DNA of 64,000 nucleotides, taken from Hyaloraphidium curvatum SAG 235-1. Its lineage: Eukaryota; Fungi; Monoblepharomycota. Below the pieces are notes generated by a model. The model saw only the letters and a program-made list of their open reading frames with translations. It was not told the origin of the DNA and ran no database searches. This document shows, one piece after another, positions 22,575 through 35,690 of this stretch; position 1 is the first letter of the stretch, and each line of letters starts with the position of its first letter. The stretch covers positions 434,001-498,000 of the forward strand of contig JAIVFI010000004.1 of NCBI GenBank assembly GCA_025558095.1, in the 5' to 3' direction. The translations under genes and the position numbers were made by a program.

Positions 22575-25500
22575 ATGCGGCTTGGGCTCGGGCGATTGCA
22601 ACACCCGCGCCTGCTGCATCGTTTTGTCGTCCAATCTTCCGCGGGCACCGTCCTTCCCCCGGCCGTTTCCTTCGCGGCTCGCCGTTTCGTCGCGCCTCCT
22701 CGGAACGCACTTCCCCGCCCTGTCGCGCCTGCCCGTTGGCATTCCGTCGCCCAGAGAACGATGTCTTCTGCGGCGAACAAAGATTTCAATCCCGCGGACC
22801 TGGATCTCGCCGCCCTTGATGCCGCGATCAGCAAGCAGGGCGACCACATTCGGCACTTGAAGACCCAGGGTGCCACCAAAGAAGCTCTGGGTCCCGTGGG
22901 TCTTTGCTTGGCTTGCCTTTCAACCTGCTCATCGTCTCTGTCATGGATTGTAGGAGATCGATAAGCTCAACCTTCTAAAGGAGGAGAAGGTCAAGCGGGA
23001 AGCCGAGAAGGGCGATCCTGCCGCCGAGCAGGTTCCCAGCCCAGCCAAGTTTGACCGCACCGCGCTCGAGTCTATGCTTTTGAAACGTTTCTTCTTTGCG
23101 CCGGCCTTTGGGATCTATGGCGGTGGGTTTCCACGGGATAGGGAGGGAGGCGTTCCGCTCACGGCGTCTTTCCAGGTGTCGCCGGCCTGTACGACTACGG
23201 CCCGCCGGGGTGCGCCCTGCAAGCCAACATCCTCAATCTCTGGCGCCAGTTCTTTGTCCTGGAGGAGGACATGTTGGAGGTGGACTGCACCAACCTGACT
23301 CCCCACGAGGTGTTCAAGACCTCGGGGCACGTCGACAAGTTTGCCGACTACATGGTCAAGGACAGCGTCACGGGCGACATTTTCCGCGCGGATCACTTGA
23401 TCAAGGCGGTGCTGAAGGAACGGTTGGAGGACGACGAGACTGCGCGACGCGAGGCCAAAGCTGGCGCTAAGCATGACGACAAGAAGAAGCACCACAAAAA
23501 GGCCGCGGTGGCACTCGATGACGCCACGCGCACCGAGTACGAGCGAACCCTGGACCAGCTGGACAACTACACCGGGAAGGAGTTCGGCGACGTCATTCGC
23601 AAGTTTGACATCCGGTCCCCGGAGAACAACAACCCCGTGACCGAGCCCCAAATCTTCAACCTCATGTTTGAGACCCCGATCGGCCCGACGGGCTATATCA
23701 AGGGCTACCTCCGGCCAGAGACCGCCCAGGGCCAGTTTGTCAACTTCAAGCGTCTCCTCGAGTTCAACAACGACAAGCTGCCCTTCGCGTCCGCGTCCAT
23801 CGGGCGCTCCTTCCGAAACGAGATCTCGCCCCGCGCTGGTCTCATGCGGGTCAGGTGGGTAGTGAACTTGTCCGGCTTTGGCACTGTCTGACGGTTGACT
23901 GCACAGAGAATTCACGATGGCCGAGATCGAGCACTTCGTCGACCCGGAGAGCGGGAAGCGGCATCCTCGCTTCCACGAGGTCAAGGACGTTGTCCTCACC
24001 CTCTTTCCCCGGGATCGCCAGATGGAGGGCTCTGGCACGATCCAGATGTCCGTCGGCGAAGCTGTCGAGAAGGTGCGTCAACTGGGAAGGATCGGCACCA
24101 GTGTTATTGATAGGATTACCCGTTAGAAAATTATCGACAACGAGACCCTTGGCTACTTCGTTGCGCGGATCAACAACTTCCTCCTGAAGCTCGGTATCAA
24201 GTACGACCGGCTGCGCTTCCGCCAGCACATGGCCAACGAGATGGCCCACTACGCTTGCGACTGCTGGGACGCGGAAATCGAGTCGAGCTACGGTTGGGTC
24301 GAGAGCGTCGGCTGCGCGGACAGGTCCGCCTTCGACCTGACCCAGCACTCGCGGAGAACCAACATTCGGCTGGTTGCCCAGGAAGCCCTTCCGGAGCCTG
24401 TCGTGCGGGAGCGGTTGGTGCTGGAGACCAACAAGCCCAAGTTCGGCCCTGCGTTCAAGAAGAACGCCAAGGCGGTGCAGGGCTATCTCGATACCCTGTT
24501 GGACGATTCCGACAGCTGCGTGGAGCTGAACCGGGAGGCAAAGCGCGAGACGGACAAGATGTGGGACGAGGCGAAGCTGCTGGAGCTCCAGAAGAAGCTG
24601 GAGGAGGGCGGCGGCAAAGCCACGATCACCGGTACCGACGGCCAACCGTACGAACTCACCTCGGAGCTGCTGAAGATCTACAAGTTTTCCGAGAAGATCA
24701 ATGGTGCGTCGCGGGGAGGGCGGGTCGCACATTCCTTAGATCTTCTGCCAGCCGAAGGGGCGTGGTTTTGGCTGCGTTCTTTGGGCCTGATTGGCGGAAC
24801 TTGAGTCATAAGTGTGCAAGAGTTATGGGGCTTCGCCCCGGTCAGGACGGTCGTGGCGCAAAGTCTTGCGACCTTGACCGTGCCGGCATCGTCGCCCCTC
24901 TGCCTGGGTTTGGCTGTGGCTTTTCCCACTGGCGCGCTTTGAGGGGGGACGTTCCGGAACCTGGGAAATCGTCTCAACCGCGCTCGGTTCTCCTTGCGGT
25001 TCTCTTACTGATCGTTCGTACCGCTGCAGTGCGCGAATTTGTCCCCAACGTCATCGAACCCTCCTTCGGCATTGGCCGTATCCTCTATGCTCTGATCGAA
25101 CACTCCTGGTACCGGCGACCGGGCGACGACGAAGCGAGGAACGTCCTCGGCTTCCCCGTGGTGACCGCCCCGTTCAAGGCATTGGTCACGCCGATCAGCA
25201 ACAACGACGTTTTCTCGCCTTTCATCCAGGAGGCAGCCAGCCGCTTGCGCCGAAGTGGCGTCGCCAACAAGGTGGACGAGTCTTCGGCCTCCATCGGGCG
25301 ACGATACGCCCGCGCGGACGAACTGGGCACGCCCTTCGCGATCACCGTCGACTTCCAGACCGTGAAGGACCAGACGGTGACTCTGCGGGAGCGTGACTCG
25401 CTGAAGCAGATTCGGGAGAGCGTGAGTCTCCCGGTCGCATGTCATTGCTTCGACTTTGACACCGCGGTCTCTAGATTCCCACCGTTGTGCAGGTGATCAA

Positions 25501-25579
25501 GGACATCTGCGACGAGAAAGCCACCTGGGCCGAGGTGCTGCAGAAGTATCCGGAGTTCGAGGGCCAGGTTTTGGAATGA
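22575..25579 (+). CDS. GRS1: Glycyl-tRNA synthetase (eukaryotic alpha2 type, WHEP domain), with an upstream in-frame mitochondrial-presequence ATG (22575) and an internal ATG (22761)
   Basis: [13 protein letters not shown] domain, [58 protein letters not shown]. Confidence 0.97.
24704..25029 (+). other. Unusually long (326 nt), highly base-paired intron of GRS1
   Basis: GTGCGT...TACTGAT...CTGCAG joins EKIN-G|TG-REFVPN in frame. Several long hairpins lie inside. Confidence 0.8.
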
Positions 25580-25768
25580 ACAGATCTGCAATAAACGGCA
25601 TTCTTCCTCCCGATCGCGAAGCACAATGAGGAGGCGAGGTTGCAGGTGGCAAGTCAAGCTGTCAAGTTAACAACCGCACCCCTTGCAGCGGAACACATGC
25701 AGAGGAGCGAAAATCTGCAATAGCACAAGGCCTCTTGGCCCAGGATTGTCAAGCGGGCCCCCGGCGGT

Positions 25769-27849
25769 ATGGCCGGGGACGACGGAGGAGCCGCGCCTTC
25801 TCCCGCGACGGGGACGTCCGGGGCCGCGTCCCCGGTCTTGTCCTCGCCACCGACGCCCCGGCTGCGATCTCAGAGCATTGGTGCGGATGCAGATAGTCGC
25901 GGGAATTCGGTACACGGCAATTCCGGGGTTGGGAAGGGGGCTTCGACCGGCTCTTTGTCGGCTCGGTCTCCGACAATGCCCCACCCGCACCCGACACCGT
26001 GGATTGCAAGGGTGACGCTCGGTGACCTGTCAAGAAGCGCGAGTCAAACTCTGGACAAATCGCCTACGTCTCCTGGTGCGAGGGACATTGAGCTCCAGCC
26101 GCACCGCGACGAGGACGCGGTGACCTCTGGAACCAGCGGCACGAGCGATACGGAAACGACGGCCGTCCGGCGCGATACGGCCGAAGCCGGCGAAATGTCG
26201 CCTGGAAACCGCTCGGACAACGTGGAGGACGAGGAAGACATCGTCGTGTTTGCCGGGGATGATAGCGAGCGCCTTCTGGACCGGCGAAAAGCCAGTCATG
26301 GGGCGGATCCCGGCAGTCTGTTGGAGAACGGCCACGGAATGCCGCCTTCAAATGTTGGACCCCGCTTATGGCGAGGGAAATGGCCAGGGCCCCTGGACTT
26401 TGTTGGCCTCGTCAAGGAGGGCATGATGGAGGCTTGGACTGTCATGACAACGGTGGATTGGAGATTGATATCGCAGGCCACACCCTCTCTTGCGTTGGCT
26501 ACATCCGGCTTGATCTTTGCGGGATGGTTGCTCGACGTGGTGCAGGTGAGTTCGCTTCGGCTGTCGGATGGGGTTGGCGTGAAAGCGTCCCGCTCTCCAG
26601 CATTGGCCGGTGTTCAACCGCGTCTCGGAGCTTTTCATCCTTGTGCCGATCGTGTTGAATCTCAAGGGAAACCTCGAGATGAACCTGGCGTCGCGCCTCG
26701 CGACGGCCGCCAATTCGGGGCTTCTGACGGAGTGGGCTTCGATTAAGTCGGTGGTCGCGGGGAACATGCAACTATTGCAAGTCCAGGCCATTGTTGTAGG
26801 CACCTTGGCCGGCGTTGAAGCTCTGGTGCTCGGCGCAATCTTCCACGCCGAGTTCAACACATCCGCGGAAGACTTCCTCCTAATCAACACGTCGGTCATG
26901 ACGGCAGCTCTAACTAGTCTTATACTGTGAGGGATTGCAGTCTGTGGCGAATTCAGGGACTTACACACCTCTTCCAGGGGAGCGCTGATGTGTGCATTGG
27001 TCATCGGCTGCCATTACCTTCGTTTGGATCCCGACAACATCGCCACTCCGATTGCTGCTACCCTGGGAGACTTGGTGACGCTGTGGATTCTCGCTGGCAT
27101 CTCCCATGCTGCTTTGGTGGCGATAGGTATGTGCTGTCCTAGTCTGAGGCGGTAGCGCGACGCTCATTGTGCGCAGACACACCGACGACGCCCATCATCC
27201 TCTTCACCATTATTCTGAGCCTGCCTATTTGGATCTTGTTTACGAGGCGGAACGAGCACGTCTCCGGGGTCCTCAGGAATGGTTGGACTCCCATCATTGT
27301 GTCGATGGTGATATCCAGTGCGGCCGGATTGGTCATGGAGCGATACATCCAGCGCTTTCAGGGGCTGGCCGTCCTTATACCGGTGCTCAACGGTGGGTCC
27401 ATTGGGATCTCTCTTCTCGGCTCGTTGACCAAACGGCGTATCAAGGCGTCGTCGGGAACCTGGGCACCATCTACTGTGCCCGTTTCTCGTCCCGTCTGCA
27501 CCTGGGCGAAACAGAGGACCATCGGCGGACGCAGGTTTCCCTGTTCTGGATCAGCTTGCCTTTGCAAGGGGGCTTCTTGTTCGCCGTTCACTTGTTCGGC
27601 TTGGGCCATACGACCGTGACGCCTATTTTCTCACTGGTCTACATGACCGTCAGCGTTCTGCTCCTCATGGGGATTCTGAAACTGGCACGCACAATGTGCG
27701 AGTGGCTCTGGGATCATGACATGGATCCGGACGACCATGCTCTGCCGTACTTGACGAGCATCTGCGACGTCGTTGGCACAATCGCAATCGTCGCCGCTTT
27801 CTTCTTCCTCTTCTACATCGGCGACCGGGATATGGATGTCGGAGACTGA
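25769..27849 (+). CDS. SLC41: SLC41/MgtE-family Mg2+ transporter
   Basis: LKGNLEMNLASRL, DPDNIATPIAATLGD and DPDDHALPYLTSICD (duplicated MgtE motifs). Confidence 0.92.
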
Positions 27850-27970
27850 AAAAATGTGACTGGACTTGCGATACCCGTTGGGCTCTCTGCTCCTTCCCTT
27901 CTTCTCTCCTTCAATGTAATCAAATATAAAGAGCTGCCATGCGAAATCTGTGTCCCAGCTTCGCCCCTCT

Positions 27971-29025
27971 CTAGCTGAATGTCGCCCACGCTTCGTCGGT
28001 GCTCTTCTCCGCATCCAGTTCCCACGTACTCGATTCAGGATGAGACTTGACGAAAGCGTCCTCAAAACTGTCCCCAAAGGCGTCGTCAAACCCTAACGAC
28101 GGCGTAGGTGCCACGCCCTGTGCGCCAGCAAATGGATCATTCGAAGGTCCCGCCCCAAATGCAGCATCAAGTTCCGCAGTCCGCGAGGGCGAGGGGGAAC
28201 GGCTGGGCCCCGGAGGAGGAGGGAGGCTGACAGGGGAGAAGGAGGGTGACTCCGTGCTCTCTGGGGCCTTTTTCGTCTTGCCCGCAAGCTAGAAGCGAGA
28301 ATGGGTCCAGGAGCACACGTGAGCAGAAGGCGCCGACCCACGTTGATCGTTATCGTCTGACCCTCCTTCAAACTGTAGTCGACCTTCGGCTCGGATGCCA
28401 ATGACGGCTTCTCCACTTGCTCATCAAAACGAAGGCCTCTTCAAACCCAACAGTTAGCCCAAAGCCGCCCCAGGGGATGTGGTCACGGACTTTTCGAATT
28501 CTTGCAGGGCTACGTTGAAATCAAACGCGTCAGTCCGCTCTTGAAAGCCGATGCCAATGGTAGCGCTCTGTTTCGTATCTGCCCGCCGGCAGGATCAAGA
28601 CTCGGGCGGACCGAGCGACGCTCGAACAGAACCCACCCCGATCGACGACGCGGAGGACGAAGTACCTGCTCGAGTCCGACACGGACTCCACGGCCGTTCC
28701 TCCTGGCTCGTACGGACATTGAGCAAATAATGCACCGGTGTCCGCGTCCTAGGCGACGAGCCACGCGCGTCTTAGCCCCGGAGGTTGCTCCGTGGCGCGG
28801 CTTTCCCACTTCCAGGTTAATGAAACACTCTTTCCCGACCGATGCGACGCGAAGCCGTCCTTTCCAGAGGTACTGCGGGTCCCAGTCGGATGCTCTGCCC
28901 CGCGCGCACGTCAGAACGCTGCCAACTCTGCCGTCCTGACGTGCCCACTTGTACTGCCCGGCCCCTTTGCGCGGGGGCAAGCGATGGACGAAGACTTCGC
29001 GAATTAAGCAATGTAGTTGCTCCAT
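27971..29025 (-). CDS. NECAP: Adaptin ear-binding coat-associated protein (NECAP)
   Basis: [57 protein letters not shown]-terminal WATFS* (WxxF). Confidence 0.92.
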
Positions 29026-29166
29026 TCGAGGACAGGGGCCGCGGCAGCTCCCAGGGGTTGGAGTCGGTGATCTCTGATCTCTCCCTCCTCAACGCCACGC
29101 CATATTCGATTCGGGTACAAAAGGGAGTGGGACTCTATCAATTCGTGATTCATTCATCAACCGGGC

Positions 29167-30421
29167 CTACAACGAGGCGCTCGGCGACCCCGCCGGCCGC
29201 GCCGGAGACTGGACCATCTTGGCCGTCTCCAAAATCCTCTCCCTCTCGGCATCCGCAAGGCTCCGCTGGAAAAACGCATTTCTGTCGCGAGCTTCCCGCT
29301 CGACGATCTTGACGAACTTCTCCTTTAGCCTCACGGGCTGGCCGTGAATCATAAGCGGCTCCGGCGGTGCCCTCTTCGTCTTGCGGTTGTAGATCCGGCT
29401 GTACCACTCGAAAGTGAGGGCGTGGTGCTCCGGAGGCCAGGGAGTGGGAACCTCGCAGCGCCCCGGATGCAGCGTCGGTGCCCGCAGGAAAACGGCGCTG
29501 CAGATGTTGTAGTCCACCTCGAGGTACTCCGGCACAAACATCCACGGTCCCATGAAAGGAACCTCGCAGAACTCGAGAGGCTTCCCCGTTTCCTTCATGA
29601 AGGTGCGTTTCGCGTCCGGCGACTCGTGGAGGCCGTTCGGTCCGTACGAAGTCTTTCCGCCGAACCCCTTCCCCAGTACGCGCTCGCCCGATTTTTCCGA
29701 TTCCGGCTCCGGATTATCTTCCACGGCGTCGTCGCTGTCCGCGCTCTGTTTCGTGTCCGCCGACGCCGCCTCTCCCTCGGCGGAAGATCCCCCGACCACC
29801 GCCTCGGTTTCGGCTGCTTTCGGAGCATCTGCGGCGCCATTATCCTCTTTCTTGCTCTTCTGGGGCTTTTCCTTGGGAACCGTCAAGAGCGCGATCGCAG
29901 CCGGGTCGACGGTAATGATGTCGCCGTCCCTAAGCGATGTGGATGGACGCGTCACCTGGCGACAATGTCAGCAGCGACCCCGGCTTTCCGACAGATCATC
30001 TCACCGTGGTGCCGTTGACCTTAACGTGGCCCTGGACGACCAGGGCGCGCGCTGCCCAGACGCTTGGGGCGAACAAGCAACGGTGCACCACGATGTCGAG
30101 CCTGCGCTCCAACTCCGCGTAGCACAGCATGGCCGTGGGCGGGTAAAGATGTCTGTCGGCCGCTCCCATGTCCGGCAGCTTGATGCGCGGCGTGAAGTGG
30201 CGCAGAAGGAACTGGCGCTCCGTGATGTGGTCCCAGTGGTAGGCACGCGTTTCGCGCTTGGCCACCCAACGCTGCTTGAACAGGGGCGAACGACTGGATT
30301 CGGGCGCCATTTTGCGCTGAATCAGGTTGAACAGATTGATGCGGTTCCAGCTCATGCGTATGAGCGCCTTCGAGATGTCCTTCCGGAGCGGGTTCGCTTT
30401 CCGGTACAATCCGCCCTTCAT
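29167..30421 (-). CDS. NAM9: Mitochondrial ribosomal protein uS4m (Nam9)
   Basis: RMSWNRINLFNL, FKQRWVAKRETRAYH, ERRLDIVVHRCLFA..AR..V.QGHVKVNG S4 domain, FVPEYLEV. Confidence 0.92.
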
Positions 30422-30609
30422 CTTGGCGGTTGCGACCAAAAACGCGTCCTCCGAGATGAACGATGGGTCACGCTCCTCGAGGAGGTGGAACGACGGGATC
30501 AGGGGGAGGAGGAGGAGGGGCGAGTTTGTTTGCGACGGCGCGTAGCTCTCCCGCCGCGGCGGCGTCGCAGGCGGCAGCGGACGCGCGTGACCTCTTCCCA
30601 GGCGTCGCT

Positions 30610-32143
30610 ATGGCCTCATCGACCGGCAATGGCGCCGAGGAAACGTCCATCACGCTTCTAAAGACACTTGTCTCTCATCTCCGATCCCTTCCCGTTGTTC
30701 GTTTTCCGAGCACGGCACCCGGGGACCGTCGCGCAAGCGTTGCAGCCGTCCTTCGGGTTCAGCCGCGTCCGAACTCGTCGGCGAGGCCCGTCAAAGATGT
30801 GGAAAGCTTTCTTGCGGAGGATTGGGTGCGATCGGGAACCTGTCAGCTGCTCTTTGTGCAGAGGGCGTTAAATCCGAGGGATCCGTGGAGTGGAGATGTG
30901 GCGTTCCCCGGAGGGAAGCGGGACCCGGAGGACGAGTCAGATCAGGTCGTTGCAGAAAGGGAGACAAAGGTACGGTCGCAAGGGGTCTTTCAGACCACCA
31001 CACTGACGGTCTGTCGAATCGCAGGAGGAAATCGGCCTCGATCTCACTCTTCCCAACTTCGCCCTGCTCGGAGAGCTCGACGAGCGCGAAGTCAAGTCGT
31101 TCGGCGGGGAGAAGTGGCTCACGCTTTCTTGCTTTGTCTACCTTCAACTCGGGCCGACCACTCCGGACATCACGCTGCAGCTCAGCGAGATATCGGCAGC
31201 CTTCTGGGTCCCTCTCACGCTCCTGCACGATCTGGTCATCTCGGACGATCACATGAGCCATGAGCGGTGGCACTTGCGCACCTATGCCCTCTCGTCGCTC
31301 GTCATACCCCAACGCGCCCGCCCGCGCCGCGATCGGCCCGAACCGTCGGCTTTGCAGCGCGTGGCTAGGACCGTTTTCGCGTGGACCGCGAAGATCGTAC
31401 TCGCGGGCTTTGGTTCCGTATCGTTCGGTGGGATCCGGTTGCCTGTCGAGGACGATGAATGGGTGGAGAGCCCGGGTGCAGCTGACGAGGCGGTGATCGT
31501 GCCTCCCGAAATGAGCGGCAGCAGCACACGCGACGCATCGGACGAGGAAGACAGTGTTGTCGTCAAGGGGCGGGCGGAATCGGGATCTGTGCCGCCGTCC
31601 GAAGGCGGCCTCGGAGACTCACAGTGGATTGATCTCTCGGCGGACGCGGCTTTCGGAAAGAAGTCGCTACTCGCCCGCCACCCGCCGCACAGCGAGCCTG
31701 TTCTGTGGGGTTTGACTCTTTGGATGGCATCTGATCTGGCCGACCTGCTGTTCTCGCCGAACGAAGTTCCGCACGTGCCGCTGGCCACCAAATCTCGCGC
31801 GATATTCTCCAGTTGGGACGTGAACATCGTGCTCAACCTCGTGCATCCGCAAGGGACGAAGCAGGTTCGGAAACCGATGCCGGGTTTCAACCGCAAGGAT
31901 GAATCCGGGGCGGGTGAACCGGTGTCGGTGGAAGGCGAGGGGATCGGTGAAATCCGAGAGTAAGTTGTGATTGGCCGTGATCGAAGCCTCGCTGACTTTT
32001 TTGCCAGCCCCAACAAAGAACGCGTCAGTTTTGGGACGGCTCTGCGTGTGTCCATCCTTTGCGCCTTGGTCCTGCGCTCGGCGATTGCCTTCGTCGCCAT
32101 CTCGAAGCTTCGGCGGCTTATCCTGACGCGGTTGCTCGCTTGA
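30610..32143 (+). CDS. Nudix hydrolase (CoA-diphosphatase-like) with C-terminal membrane anchor
   Basis: RRASVA, DPWSGDVAFPGGKRDPEDESDQVVAERETK|EEIGLDL Nudix box, LWGLTL. The last exon (32008-32143) encodes a hydrophobic tail. Confidence 0.85.
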
Positions 32144-32404
32144 GTTGTGTTGGAGATCAAAATGATTGCCATTTGCTCTGTCGTAATACAGTACTCAACT
32201 CCGTGATCTGTGTGCCAGAAGCGAACTGGGCATCGGATGGAAGCCGAAAACCAGATTATTGCTGGCATCATTTCATCTTGGCCAAGTCACCGTTATCGGG
32301 GGAATCATCGTTGTCTCCGGCCCGAGGTAATGACAGCCGTTGGGGCAAACGGACGGGAAAGGCCCTGCACGAGGAGACCGTCGAAGTTCAGATGGCAGCC
32401 TACA

Positions 32405-35105
32405 TCAGTTACCAAAGAGCATGTTCCACAACCCGCTCGACCGTGTCCGAGTGCCCGCCGCCATCCCCGGCGCGCTCTGTATCCGCCGCATGGTGCCCTG
32501 GTCCGAGTTCCGTGCGTTCTGCAGCCGCTTGTTTTGCAGGTTCGTCGTCGACTCCGATCCCAAGCGATCCGTCATCCGCTCGACCGTCTGCCCGGGAGGC
32601 CGCGTAATGGGAGAAGGAGGGTTCGGCGTCGAAGAAGTGGAAGCCGCGGAGCTCGGCGGCCCGGCCGTCGAGGCCGCCACCGACGCCTCCCCGTTCGGCT
32701 CCGTCCGCTGCCCGGCGGAAGCCTCCCCTTCCGCGCCGTCCACGGGCAACCCGGCCCTGATCCGCTCCTGGCGCACGGCCGCCATGACCCTGTCCAGGCT
32801 CTCCTGCATAGGATCGGCCCACCGCCGCGTGCACACCCAGTACTCCCGGTTGACGCGCTCCATGTCCTTGGCCAGCCGGTTCTGGTTCCGCGGGTTGACC
32901 ACGTAGTTGGCGTCCGAGGCCATGAATGCCTGCCGCTGAAGCAGCAGCTTCTTCTGCGTGCGCGAGAGGGAGGTGGAGGGCGAAGTCGACGCGAACAGGG
33001 CGTTGTAGGAGGAGGGAGACGCGTCCACGGAGCCGGCCGTGGAAAGGCCCGGCGAGATGGTGCGCACGATGGCGACGGATTCGGAGCCACCGGCGCTGAG
33101 GTGCGGGGAGAGGCGGTAGGCCCCCGCGCCCAATGCAGCCGGCACGTTGGGCGTGAAAGCGGGTTGGTAAGGGCTCTCTGCAAAAGGTCGGGTGTCCGGT
33201 TTTGGAGGCGCCGCGACGGGGCGCCGCGAAACGTCCCCGGATTCGGGCGGCGCCGGCGCCTGGTCGCGAGGCTGTTCCGGAGTAGCTGTGCGGAGGGGCG
33301 AGCCGGCCCTTTGCGGCGGCTGGGGAAGCCCAGGGGGGAGGCTGGACCGGAGGGCTGAAGTCCGTTGGTGCTCGGGTGGTTGGGTGGCGGGAGACTTTGA
33401 CGCAGGTGGAGCTGCCGGAGCCACGGGCGGCAGTGTCTTCGAATCGCCTTCCTGGGTTACTGGCTGCGGTGCCTGAACGAAGGGGTGAGCAAAAGTCGCG
33501 AAGCGAGCAATCTGCAGTCCGTTAGCTGACCTTTTGGGCACCCGCTTTCGGCGATGCCGTTGCCAGAATGGGCTCGGGCGTCCGTGCAGCCACAGGTGGC
33601 TTCGCTGCGGGATTTGCGGCGCTCTGCACCGCTTCCAAGGACGGCGGCCTGGAGGGAGGCTTGGCATCCGGCGGTTTCGCCACCTGCTTCAGCTTCAGCG
33701 TCAGCGCGCCGGTCGGCGATGCCGACACGGGTGCCATCTGGATCTTCCCCTCGACAATGGCGCCCTTGGCCGGCTGCTCGCCGTCCTTCTTCGCAGCGGC
33801 CGCCTTGGGTTCCACGAAGAAGCCCTCGGTCCGCTTGAAGGAGGAAGAAAGCGAGGTGGGTGTGGTCTTTGTAGGCTGCGCCGGAACGGCGGCCTTCGCG
33901 GGAATCTTTTCCGGACCCGCCGGCGGTCCGCCTTCGGTCACAGGGCCGCCGGCGGGCGCTTGTCCCACGGCCGATTTTCCGACTGCTGGGGGGAGAGCGT
34001 CCGCGGAATTGGCGAGGGAAGCAGTCCGCCGAAGGTTTTGCGGCGGCTCTTTGAACGACACCTGGGGGAAGCGGGCGGTCAAAAGGGGGCGAGATCAGCG
34101 AGGACTGTAGCCAACCTTGGTCGTGCTCATCTCGCGCTTCAAGTCGGGTTTCGCACGATCCGTTTTGCCGTCCCCGGTGGCCGTGCTCCTGTTTGACAGG
34201 ATGGAGCTCGTGCTGCTGACCGATGTCGCCACCTTGTCGGAACCGGGCCCCTTCTTTTCGTCGGCGTACCCGATGCCTTGCACCTTTGGCGCCGCTGCCG
34301 ATGCCGCGGGCGCTGCTTTCGCCTCCGCTTCGGCGTGCCCTTTGAAGGGTTTCGCCTGGAATGTCCGCGGCACCGAGCGATCCCCGGAACCGCTGTCGTC
34401 CGAATCCACGTCCTCGTCGCCGATGGTCTGCTCCAGCTCGGCATCCGAGCCGCCCCCTTCACCCTCATCGTCGGCGCCCGAATCCCGATCCTCGATATCG
34501 TCGTCGTCGTCCTCGTCGTCGCCGGTATCGGGGTTCCGTTCGCCCTCGGAAGCGCCGCCCAGGTCGCCCTCTTCCAGGTCCTCCGGGGAGCCCGAAATCG
34601 GCGAAACGGAGACGACCTCGACGGAGCGCACGCCCTGCGGGGCTGCCTTATCTGCCGTAGAAGGTGCCACATTTGACGGCCGTTCGCGCGCAACGGCCTG
34701 CGCCGCGGCGCCTCCCCCGGCGGGCTCCCCCTTTGGCGCGCCTGCCGCAGCGCCGCCCTGCGCGTCCGGCATGATCGTGCCCGCCGACGACGTCGTCTCG
34801 GTGCGGTGCGCCTCGCGCGGCGCGACGGGCGAGTCGTCGGGCGAGCCGATGCGGAAGGTTGGTGGTTTCGTGGGCGTCTTTGCGAGCGACGATGCGGACG
34901 ACGTCGAGGGCGCCCGCAGTGCCGCGGCGGGCGCGAACGACTCCGCGACGGGCGACTCCGACATGACCGTCCGCGGCGACGCGCGTTCGAACGGCCGCTC
35001 CGAGTCGGACTCGGCGGACGCGCGCCGCGAAGCGCGCGCATCGGCCGCCTCGTCGTCGGCGCCGTCCTCCGCCGCGGGCGGCCGCGAGCTCACGTCCTCG
35101 GCCAT
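32405..35105 (-). CDS. TCO89: Tco89-domain protein (TORC1-associated), largely disordered
   Basis: SRTQKKLLLQRQ...KDMERVNREY...RRWADPMQESLDRV matches the conserved Tco89 C-terminal block. The remainder is Ser/Pro/acidic low complexity. Confidence 0.7.
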
Positions 35106-35604
35106 GTTGCCGGCTCCGGACGCGGCGCAGGGCCGGGCCTGGCACGCGAGGTTGTAGAGATAGGCCGCCGCCACCAAAGGCCGCACTTCGCGATCGGAGA
35201 CAACCCTCCCATCACCGCCGACCTTGCTCCTGATCGAGCCTATACATCTCCATCTCGGTTCGCATCCGGAGCTGCGCTCGCTCAACCAGTCGCAACGGTG
35301 AGGTCAACGTGGGTTGGAGGCGGCGGGCATTGGGTCGGGATCGGGAGATTGGGTAGGACTGGGACGACGCAGATTCGGGCAGGTTGCAAGGTAGCGAAGC
35401 AAAAGTCGTGCCCGCTGCCGGATTCGGTGGTGCCGAAAGCCGAGGCGCGCCATAATGATGCGGCGTAGGACCTTCGTACGATTCATCGAAAAGCAGCCTC
35501 TCGTGCACCATCAGGAATCATTTCTCGAGCGAGGCCAGTATCGGACAGGGAAAGCTCGCTTGGAAGCTCCAAGGCCGGCGTGGGATGCGGTGGGATGGAT
35601 TGAG

Positions 35605-35690
35605 CCAATCGCAGCGCCTCACGTCATGGCGCGCGCGCGATTCCCCGTGGCGCAGGGGCGAAGACCTTCAAGACCTTCATCGTATAAGAG
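35605..35690 (+). promoter_or_regulatory. Putative CCAAT box and TATA box
   Basis: CCAAT at 35605 and TATAAGAG at 35683, about 120 bp upstream of ATG 35806, in otherwise GC-rich DNA. Confidence 0.45.
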
